From Gemmatimonadota bacterium (GTDB lineage Bacteria > Gemmatimonadota > Gemmatimonadetes > Longimicrobiales > Gaopeijiaceae), in NCBI GenBank assembly GCA_028873845.1, contig JAPPNO010000117.1, positions 794-64,793 on the forward strand: DNA of 64,000 nucleotides. Direction: 5' to 3'. Numbering within the stretch: position 1 is the stretch's first letter; the number at the start of each line of letters is the position of its first letter. The notes under the pieces were generated by a model that made no database searches, was not told where the DNA came from, and worked only from the letters and a program-made list of their open reading frames with translations. The position numbers and the translations under genes are program-made. Below, one piece after another: positions 1 through 8,385 of this stretch.

Positions 1-351
1 GAAGACCATGCTGAACTCGCGTCCCAGTTTGTCCTCGTATCGAGTCAGCGACGACAATCGGCGCAGGACCGTCTCACTCGTCAGCAGCCGCAGGAAGCTG
101 TCACTGGAGGTATTCTGGATCACCTCGCCGCGCTCCCACCGGGCCAGCGTGGCTTCCCCGAAGCCAGTCAGCCGCGAGAAGCCGGCGCGCGACATGCCGT
201 GCTCCCGGCGAAGTGCCCGAATCTCGGCCGGGGTAAGCACGCCGCGGTGCCGGCAAACGGCCTCGTGCCGGATGGTCTCGGCTTCCTCTCCGGTGTACGA
301 TTCTCCGCATTGCGAGCAGGAATGGACCGGCACGTACGCGGCAAGCTCCAC
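1..351 (-). CDS. MqsA/YgiT-like zinc-knuckle + XRE-HTH antitoxin, partial (3' end runs off the left edge)
   Basis: Absent from the ORF track because the frame leaves the window. The minus-strand read is (V)ELAAYVPVHSCSQCGESYTGEEAETIRHEAVCRHRGVLTPAEIRALRREHGMSRAGFSRLTGFGEATLARWERGEVIQNTSSDSFLRLLTSETVLRRL...SMVF. A VP-x-x-C-x-x-CGE knuckle followed by an XRE-type helix-turn-helix is the MqsA/YgiT layout. There is no ATG; candidate starts are GTG at 351 or 333. The first CxxC pair of a full ribbon is missing. Confidence 0.45.
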   Translation of the reverse strand, partial: MELAAYVPVHSCSQCGESYTGEEAETIRHEAVCRHRGVLTPAEIRALRREHGMSRAGFSRLTGFGEATLARWERGEVIQNTSSDSFLRLLTSETVLRRLSSLTRYEDKLGREFSMVF

Positions 352-564
352 TGCATCCGCTCCCGTGGAGCACCACCAGCGGGATTCCGGCGATGAACCG
401 TAGCCGGCCCTGGAATACCCATGAGTTCCAGTCCATGATGAGCAGCAGGTGGGGGCCAGAGGCGCCTGCCGGGAAAGGCCACGGACCAGACCGCCCCCAC
501 CAACACGACAATACCAATGCTGACCGCAACCCAATACAGAAACAGGGACAAGTCCACCCCGCCC

Positions 565-888
565 CTACCGGTTCGGGTTCGGCGCCATCGCCACCAGCAG
601 CACCAGGTCCCCCTCCCCCTCGTTCGCCACCCCGTGCGGCTCGTCCGGCGCCGACCACGCCACCCCACCCGGGCCCAGCGTCACCCACCGCTCCCCCACC
701 GTGAACCGCCCCTCCCCCTCGATCACATAGTAGAACTTGGTCGCGCCCGCGTGGGTGTGCACGTGTTGCGTCTGGCCGGGCCGCAGGCAATACACATCGC
801 AGAACATCTCCCCTGTCTCGAAGAGGTTGACCTTCTGCATCTTCCCGTCGGAAAAGCGGCGCTGCCCGCCGGAGTCGATGAATCCCAT
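565..888 (-). CDS. cupin domain protein
   Basis: 107-aa ORF. Cupin motif 1 is PGQTQHVHTH (G-x5-H-x-H) and motif 2 is PDEPHGVAN (P-x-x-x-H-x3-N). Its ATG lies 1 nt after the stop of the upstream gene. Confidence 0.8.
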   Translation of the reverse strand: MGFIDSGGQRRFSDGKMQKVNLFETGEMFCDVYCLRPGQTQHVHTHAGATKFYYVIEGEGRFTVGERWVTLGPGGVAWSAPDEPHGVANEGEGDLVLLVAMAPNPNR

Positions 889-889
889 G

Positions 890-1369
890 CTAGCGACCCC
901 CCACGGCCAACCGCAGCGAGATTCCCCCCGGAATCGGTACGGTCTCCCAGATATCGCCCTTGACCGCCGAACCTATCACCGCGCCCGCCGCACCCACCAA
1001 CAACCCGGCCCAACCACTCGCTGCCAGGATGGTCTTGATGAATCCGGGATCACAACCTCCCGCAAGGCAGAAGGCCAAACCCCCCGCAACCCCCAGTAGC
1101 GCCCCGGCGGTGAACCCGTACTTGAACCCCCGCCCGGCCTGCCCCATGGTGCCGCCCCATACTTCCAAACTCCGCATCCCGGCGTAGGGAGCATACCCGG
1201 AAGTCAGGAGCAGCCCGGCTCTGTCGGCCTCGACCACCACACCGACCACCGCGCCCGATACCCTGACCGTGTCGCCAGGTTGCTGAGCGGAGACGCCGGT
1301 CGCAGCCAGGAACACGAACACCCCCGCGGCCCCACACCACGGCTTCCCGACCCGCCCCGCGACCTTCAT
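890..1369 (-). CDS. exported glycine-zipper protein (hypothetical)
   Basis: Signal-like N-terminus MKVAGRVGKPWCGAAGVFVFLAATGVSAQ. Gly/Ala-zipper stretches (GFTAGALLGVAGGLAF, GLLVGAAGAVIGSAV). The longest ORF would start at 1417. A frameshifted paralogue lies at 52057-52481. Confidence 0.55.
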   Translation of the reverse strand: MKVAGRVGKPWCGAAGVFVFLAATGVSAQQPGDTVRVSGAVVGVVVEADRAGLLLTSGYAPYAGMRSLEVWGGTMGQAGRGFKYGFTAGALLGVAGGLAFCLAGGCDPGFIKTILAASGWAGLLVGAAGAVIGSAVKGDIWETVPIPGGISLRLAVGGR

Positions 1370-1587
1370 CGCCCTCGAGGCAGTTCTCGTTGCCATCCCG
1401 GTATTCGCCGTCTTCATGGCTCCACTCCTGCGTTGCAGACAAGCGCTTCCTCCAGCGCCAACCTACCGCGTCCCCCTACGGCAAGGAACCACAGCCGGTT
1501 CCCTCTCCCACCGGATGCCAGCCACTCCCCCAACCCCTATCTTCAACCCCAGGCCAGCCTTCACCCCCGGACCCCGGAGCACCCACC

Positions 1588-2901
1588 ATGAGCACCCGCC
1601 CTCTCACCCCCCTCGCCCTCGCCCTCGCTCTCGCCGCCTGCGCCCCCGGCGACGACGCCCCCCCCACCGACGAATCCGAAGAGGCCATGACCGCCCGCGC
1701 CCGGGAGATCCACGACCGCGTCATCACCCTCGACACCCACATCGACATCAGCACCTCCAACTTCACCGCCGAGCGCAATTACACCATGGATCTGCCCACG
1801 CAGGCCACACTCCCCAAGATGGAGAGCGGCGGCCTCGACGTGGGCTGGTTCGTCGTCTACACCTCCCAGGGTCTGCTCAACGACGAGGGCTACGCGACCG
1901 CCTACGAGAACGCGGTCGACAAGTTCGACGCCATCCACCGCATGGCCACCGAGTACGCCCCCGACCGCATCGAGCTCGCGCTCAACTCCGACGACGTGCG
2001 CCGGATCGCGGCCTCCGGCAAGCTGGTCGCGATGATCGGCGTCGAGAACGCCTACCCGCTCGGCACCGACATCGGGCGCGTCGAGGAGTTCCATGAACGC
2101 GGCGCCCGCTACATGTCGCTCGCGCACACCGGCCCCAGCCAGCTCTCCGACGCCCACTCCGGCGAGGCGACCGGCGAGTGGCTCCACAACGGCCTGAGCG
2201 AGATGGGCCGCGAGGCGGTCGCCGAGATGAACCGGCTCGGCATCATGATCGACATCTCCCACCCGTCGAAGGCGTCGATCCTGCAGACGCTCGAGCTCAC
2301 CCGGGCGCCGGTCATGGCGTCGCACTCGTCGGCGCGGGCGCTCAGCGACGTGAGCCGCAACCTGGACGACGAGACGCTTCACGCGATCGCCGCGAACGGC
2401 GGCGTCGTGCAGGCGGTGGCGCTCGGCACCTTCGTCAGCACCGACAAGGCGTCGGCGCGGCGCGCCGTGCTGGAAGAGGTCGAGGCGGAGGTCGCGGCCG
2501 AGATGGACTTCGAGATCCTCGGGCGCGGCGCGATGTTCCGGCTCCCCGAGGACGAGCGCGACGCCTACCGCGAGAAGATGGCCGAGGTTCGGCGGGCGGC
2601 GGCCGGGCGGGCGGAGGAGAGGGGCGTCCCGGGCCGCGTCAACGTCGCGGATTTCGTCGACCACATCGACTACATGGTCAACCTGATCGGCCTCGAACAC
2701 GTCGGGATCAGCTCCGATTTCGACGGGGGCGGCGGGGTGGAGGGCTGGGACGACGCGTCCGAGACCTTCAACGTGACGCTGGAGCTCGTCCGCCGCGGCT
2801 ACACCGAGGAAGAGATCGCCATGCTCTGGAGCGGCAACCTGTTGCGGGTGCTCGACGAGGTCCAGGCCGTGGCGGCAATGATTCAGTCAGAGGAAGGATA
2901 G
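1588..2901 (+). CDS. membrane dipeptidase (peptidase M19 family), lipoprotein
   Basis: Lipobox signal MSTRPLTPLALALALAAC. Conserved blocks LDTHIDIS, SLAHTGPSQLSD, IDISHPS, MASHSSARAL and ISSDFDGGGG are typical of renal-type dipeptidases. The track ORF 1390-2901 is trimmed to the ATG that gives this signal peptide. Confidence 0.85.
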   Translation: MSTRPLTPLALALALAACAPGDDAPPTDESEEAMTARAREIHDRVITLDTHIDISTSNFTAERNYTMDLPTQATLPKMESGGLDVGWFVVYTSQGLLNDEGYATAYENAVDKFDAIHRMATEYAPDRIELALNSDDVRRIAASGKLVAMIGVENAYPLGTDIGRVEEFHERGARYMSLAHTGPSQLSDAHSGEATGEWLHNGLSEMGREAVAEMNRLGIMIDISHPSKASILQTLELTRAPVMASHSSARALSDVSRNLDDETLHAIAANGGVVQAVALGTFVSTDKASARRAVLEEVEAEVAAEMDFEILGRGAMFRLPEDERDAYREKMAEVRRAAAGRAEERGVPGRVNVADFVDHIDYMVNLIGLEHVGISSDFDGGGGVEGWDDASETFNVTLELVRRGYTEEEIAMLWSGNLLRVLDEVQAVAAMIQSEEG

Positions 2902-2902
2902 G

Positions 2903-3994
<1,092 letters not shown>

Positions 3995-4141
3995 GAGATT
4001 CCGGCGCGACAGGAGTCACAAGCTCTCCTGGAAGGAGACCTACCGGACCATGGCCGCCGCCAGCGAGACTGGAGTGATCTGGAGGTCGCGGTCTCGGACG
4101 GCCTGAATCCCGCAGGGTAGGCTGGTCCAGATACTCGGTCG

Positions 4142-5194
4142 TCAGCTCGTCCGCCCGCTGTCCCCACCGTCTCCTTCCCTCCCGCGCCCCCGCACGAAGT
4201 CCTCCGCCCCCTCCGGCAGCAGCAGGTCGTCGGAGATCGCCGCGAGTTCCTCCGCATCTCTCCACGCCTGCTCCAGCAACCACAGTTCGCCTTCGAGCGC
4301 GCGGCGTTCCTGCTCCTCGTGGAGTGCCATCTCCAGGGCCAGCCGGGTCGGTTCGGGCATGTTCGCGATCATCCCGGGCCTTCCCACTCCATCCTTGAAA
4401 TCGTTCGCGGCCGCGAGATCCGCGATCAGGCTCTCCGCACTGCCCGTGGCCTCGATCCGGCCCACCGCGTCCTGCACGGTAGCCTCGGTTCCACCGGAGG
4501 CGTTCGCCGTTGCGAGCAGGGTCGCGGCCGCGCGAGTGGCCGCTTCGCCCTCGATCCGGAACCTCTCCGTTCCCTTTCGAAGGGAGTAGATCTCCACCTC
4601 GATCCGGAAGCCCATGCCGTCACCGTCCGCAGGCCGCAATCGGCCCGGCACCTTGCCCAGGTGACGCTTGAAGACCAGCACGTGACCATCCTCCATTCGT
4701 ACCCTGACACGCCGCCAGATTGACCCTCCCATGAGGTACCATTGCACGGTCTGGAAGGGGAGCAACACGGTCGAAATCGCCGCACCTGCCACCAGTCCGC
4801 CGACAGCCAGCCCGGTGGCGGCGGCGATCACGACCCCGCCGTACACAGCCGCCTTCCGCCGGCGGCGCCCGAACTGGTCCCCGTAGCGCCACGCGGCGAA
4901 CTCCGGCCGAAGGGGCTCGCCGATCCGCACCAGGGTGAGGCCCTCCGGATGCCTGGCCAACCCGATGTTCTCGGTCGAGACGCGCACCCGCGTGGCCCGG
5001 AAGATCCGCTCGCAATCCTCCACCGCCTCCCACCGCTCCTCCAGCGGCGTGAGATTCCAGCGCTCACACTTGCGGCAGACGACCCAGAGGCGGCCGCGCG
5101 CGGCATCGAAGGCGAGCCTGCGACCGACGGGGAAGGACTCGATTACGTCGTTGGAGCCGAGGGGTTTCTTGCAATACATGCAGGTCGTGAACAT
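4142..5194 (-). CDS. zinc-ribbon membrane protein, paralogue A (hypothetical)
   Basis: The N-terminus MFTTCMYCKK...VVCRKCERWN carries two CxxC pairs. It is followed by an RRRR patch, a Gly/Ala-rich hydrophobic segment and a helical C-terminus, LALEMALHEEQERRALEGELW. The start was chosen by alignment with paralogue B (the track ORF starts at 5254). Confidence 0.75.
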   Translation of the reverse strand: MFTTCMYCKKPLGSNDVIESFPVGRRLAFDAARGRLWVVCRKCERWNLTPLEERWEAVEDCERIFRATRVRVSTENIGLARHPEGLTLVRIGEPLRPEFAAWRYGDQFGRRRRKAAVYGGVVIAAATGLAVGGLVAGAAISTVLLPFQTVQWYLMGGSIWRRVRVRMEDGHVLVFKRHLGKVPGRLRPADGDGMGFRIEVEIYSLRKGTERFRIEGEAATRAAATLLATANASGGTEATVQDAVGRIEATGSAESLIADLAAANDFKDGVGRPGMIANMPEPTRLALEMALHEEQERRALEGELWLLEQAWRDAEELAAISDDLLLPEGAEDFVRGRGREGDGGDSGRTS

Positions 5195-5255
5195 GGGAGA
5201 CCAAGGTACCATTGTCCCGGGTTGAGGGGGATGTTCGAGGGGGTTAGGCCCCACC

Positions 5256-5302
5256 GTCCCATCCGAGCATGCGCGTGTCCCTTGTTTTGCCGCGGCGTCG
5301 CG
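5256..5302 (+). repeat. solo copy of a 47-nt dispersed repeat (orientation A)
   Basis: The copy reads gtcccatccgagcatgcgcgtgtcccttgttttgccgcggcgtcgcg. It aligns position by position with 52467-52513 and with the reverse complement of 54006-54052. I counted 7 mismatches in 47 against the latter. It abuts the stop codon at 5303. Confidence 0.8.
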
Positions 5303-6022
5303 TCACCTCAGCGACACGTGCAGGTGGTCCGCCGTCCCGACGTGGCGCAGCGTGTGGAACCCCATCGCCTTGAACGCAATCTCCACCGCGCGGTTCCGCC
5401 AGTCGGAGCGGCCGATCGTGCGCAGGTCGAGCGCATGGACGAAGCCGCTCTCCTGCTCGAAGTGGAGTGACGCTTCGTTTGGCGGCAGTCCCATGCGCCG
5501 GTAGAAGTCCGGGGTGCGGCCCGCGTCGGTGATCACGGCGTCGGAATCGACCAGGATGAGCGCGCTCGCGCCGAGGCGCAGCAGCGGGTGCAGGGCGGTG
5601 TACTCGGCCTTCACCTCCGGGGACTTGACGTTGCCGACCGCGACGAACATCACCGAGTAGACCACGTACGCGCCCGCGAGGAGCGCCGCGGCCCGGGTCA
5701 TCAGCTTCGTGAGGCCCTTCCCCGCGCCGAGCCGGCGGCTGGCCACGAGCGCGTAGATGGCCAGCAGGAGCGTCGTGGCGGTGGCCGAAAGCGCGAGCGC
5801 GAGCCACGGGTCCAGCGCCCACTGCTGGTATGCGAAGACGCCGCCCCGTATGAGGAGGAGGAAGGGGAGGACGGCGAGGACCACGGCGAGGAGCGCCCAT
5901 TTCACGACCCGCAAAGGGAACCACAGCAGGCGGCGGCCGCGCTTCGAACGGCCGCCTGAACGTGTCCCGGGCCCGGCAGATGGTGCCGCGAGTTCACCGT
6001 AGTCGATCCTCGAGATGCTCAT
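5303..6022 (-). CDS. polytopic membrane protein with a C-terminal domain carrying LAS/M15-like zinc-peptidase motifs (hypothetical)
   Basis: 239-aa ORF. There are three or more hydrophobic helices in residues ~35-130. The C-terminus reads ITDAGRT...SLHFEQESGFVHALD...GTADHLHVSL, which loosely fits S-x-H...A-x-D plus H-x-H. Its ATG overlaps the stop of paralogue B (ATGA at 6019-6022). The CDS call is solid; the fold assignment is weak. Confidence 0.7.
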   Translation of the reverse strand: MSISRIDYGELAAPSAGPGTRSGGRSKRGRRLLWFPLRVVKWALLAVVLAVLPFLLLIRGGVFAYQQWALDPWLALALSATATTLLLAIYALVASRRLGAGKGLTKLMTRAAALLAGAYVVYSVMFVAVGNVKSPEVKAEYTALHPLLRLGASALILVDSDAVITDAGRTPDFYRRMGLPPNEASLHFEQESGFVHALDLRTIGRSDWRNRAVEIAFKAMGFHTLRHVGTADHLHVSLR

Positions 6023-7047
6023 GCCGGATTCCTACGGGACTTCTCTCCGTCCTGCTTCGCCCCGTGCCTCCGCACGAAGTCCTCGGTCCCCTCCGGCAGA
6101 AGGAGGTTGTCGGAGATCTCCGCGATCTCCTCGGCCTCCTTCCACGCCTGCTCCAGCTGCCACAGCTCCCCTTCGAGCGCCCGGCGCTCCTGCTCCTCGT
6201 GGAGCGCCATCTCGAGGGCCAGCTTGGTGGGTTTCGGCATCTTGTTGATGTAGCCGGGGACTTGCCGCTTGTCGTGGTAGCTGTCGATCTCCGCGGTCTG
6301 GATCAGGAAGCGCTCGGGGTGCCCGGCGGTCTCGATCCTGTCCACGGCCTGCTTCACCGTCTCTGTGTTGCCGCCCATCGAATTGACCCTGGGCAGGATG
6401 GCGCCGGCGAAACGACGGGCCTCCGCTCCGTCGTACCACACCTTCCTCTTGCCCTTGCGGATCTGGAGCTTGAAGCCGGTTCCGTCGTCGGCGGGTCGCA
6501 GCCGCGTGCCCAGCAGGTCCTGGTTCTTGAGCTTGATGACACCCCCGCCATCCGGGCGGAGCTTCACCAGGGTGCGCGCGTTCACCCAGAGATTCACGAA
6601 ATTGCCGCTTTGGCTGAGGAACACCCCGCTGAAGACCCCCGCCGCCGCTCCACCCACCACCACACCCCCGATCACCACCGCCGCGCCGGCCCCGAAGAGG
6701 ATCTTCCTCCGCCTCCGCCGCCCGAATTGGTCGCCGTACCGCCACGCCGCGAATTCGGGGCGCAGCGGCTCGCCGATCCGCACCAGCGCGAGGCCTTCCG
6801 AATGGCGGGCCAGACCGATGTTCTCGCTGGACACCCTGATCCGTGTGTCGCGAAAGATCCGCTCGCAGTCCTCGACCGCTTCCCAGCGCTCCTCTAGCGG
6901 GGACAGGTTCCAGCGCTCGCACTTCCGGCACACCACCCATAGACGGCCGCGGGCGGCGTCGAAGGCCAGCCGGCGGCCGACCGGGAACGTTTCGATGACC
7001 TCGTTCGTCCCGAGGGGCTTGTGGCAGAACATGCACGCCTGGTACAT
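6019..7047 (-). CDS. zinc-ribbon membrane protein, paralogue B (hypothetical)
   Basis: MYQACMFCHKPLG...VVCRKCERWNLSPLEERWEAVEDCERIFR... is near-identical to paralogue A over about 113 N-terminal and about 60 C-terminal residues. The central part has diverged. Confidence 0.8.
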   Translation of the reverse strand: MYQACMFCHKPLGTNEVIETFPVGRRLAFDAARGRLWVVCRKCERWNLSPLEERWEAVEDCERIFRDTRIRVSSENIGLARHSEGLALVRIGEPLRPEFAAWRYGDQFGRRRRRKILFGAGAAVVIGGVVVGGAAAGVFSGVFLSQSGNFVNLWVNARTLVKLRPDGGGVIKLKNQDLLGTRLRPADDGTGFKLQIRKGKRKVWYDGAEARRFAGAILPRVNSMGGNTETVKQAVDRIETAGHPERFLIQTAEIDSYHDKRQVPGYINKMPKPTKLALEMALHEEQERRALEGELWQLEQAWKEAEEIAEISDNLLLPEGTEDFVRRHGAKQDGEKSRRNPA

Positions 7048-7073
7048 GACAACTCCCTACCCGGCCGCCCCCC

Positions 7074-8267
7074 TCACCCCCCCACCTGCCCCAACAGCCA
7101 CGCGCACGTCAGCGCCCCGTAGATCCCCAGAATGTACCCCGCCACCGCCATGAGCAGCCCCACCGGCGCCATCGACCGGTGGTACACCCCCGCGACGACC
7201 GGCGCCGAAACCGCGCCGCCGATGTTGGCCATGCTCCCCGTCGCGACAAAGAAGAGGGGCGCGCGCACCAGCCGGGCGGCGAGGAGCAGCACGGCGACGT
7301 GGATCAGGATCCACACCGCGCCCGCGAGCAGGTACATCGGAGTGTCCAGCACGGCCCTCAGGTCGGCCTGTGCGCCTATGCCGGCCAGGAGCAGATAGAG
7401 AGCGGTGTATCCGAGGTCCGAGGCGCCGACCGACTCCAGCCGGCGCACCGGCGTGAAGGACAGGATCAGGCCTCCGGTCACAACGATCAGGACCGCCCAC
7501 GTCGTGCTGCTGATGATCGTGGGATCGCCCACGGCAGGGAACTTCCCTCCCGCCCAGGCGGCCGCCACCGCGCACGCCATCCCCAGCCCGATCATGACGA
7601 CCGCGTCGCGTATCGTCAGGGCCCGCCGCTCACGGCCCATCGCCTCCAGACGCCGGTTCGTCTCCTCGACCGCCTCCGTCCGGGCACGGGTGCGCTTGTC
7701 GTAGCGGCGCTGCAGCCCTACCAGCGCGATCAGCACCCCCATCCACCCGTACCCCACCACCGTGTCGACCACGATGACCGGCCCCATCGCGTCCGGCGAG
7801 GTCCCCACGCTCTCGGCGATCGCCATCATGTTGGCCGTCCCCCCGATCCAGCTCCCCGACAGCGCGGCGAAACCCGTCCACGCGTCGGCCGGCAGCCAGT
7901 TCTGAAAGATCAGGAGCGACACCGGCCCGCCGATGATGATCCCGACCGTGCCCGCCGCAACCATGAAGAGCGCCATCCAGCCCAGCTTCAGGATGCTCCG
8001 CAGGTCCACCGAGACCATGAGCAGCAGCAGCGCGAAGAGCAGCAGGTAGGGGACCGTCCAGTCGTACAGCGGTGACTCCTTCGGGGTGATCCCGGCGGTG
8101 GTCGTGAGCATCGGCACGAAGTAGACGAAGATGACCGGGGGGACCACCTCGAAAAACCCGCGCAGCCGCTTCAGCCCGGACAGCCAGAAGACCAGCGCCA
8201 CGATGCCGGCCAGAAAGGCGAAGACCGCCATGGGGTCGTTGAGGAGTGCGGTCGCTTGCGGTTCCAT
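7074..8267 (-). CDS. DUF819-type polytopic membrane protein
   Basis: About 397 aa and hydrophobic throughout, with blocks SGSWIGGTANMMA and GSMANIGGAVSAPVVA. The start is trimmed to MEPQATALL. Confidence 0.7.
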   Translation of the reverse strand: MEPQATALLNDPMAVFAFLAGIVALVFWLSGLKRLRGFFEVVPPVIFVYFVPMLTTTAGITPKESPLYDWTVPYLLLFALLLLMVSVDLRSILKLGWMALFMVAAGTVGIIIGGPVSLLIFQNWLPADAWTGFAALSGSWIGGTANMMAIAESVGTSPDAMGPVIVVDTVVGYGWMGVLIALVGLQRRYDKRTRARTEAVEETNRRLEAMGRERRALTIRDAVVMIGLGMACAVAAAWAGGKFPAVGDPTIISSTTWAVLIVVTGGLILSFTPVRRLESVGASDLGYTALYLLLAGIGAQADLRAVLDTPMYLLAGAVWILIHVAVLLLAARLVRAPLFFVATGSMANIGGAVSAPVVAGVYHRSMAPVGLLMAVAGYILGIYGALTCAWLLGQVGG

Positions 8268-8385
8268 GAGGGTCTCCGTCTTCGGGGGACGTGGCGGCCC
8301 GGCCTCGAGGCACCGCATGATAGGGCGCCGCCGAGTTCATCCGCAAACAGGGCCGTCCGGGTTTCCTCGCCGGCGGGCGGCTACC

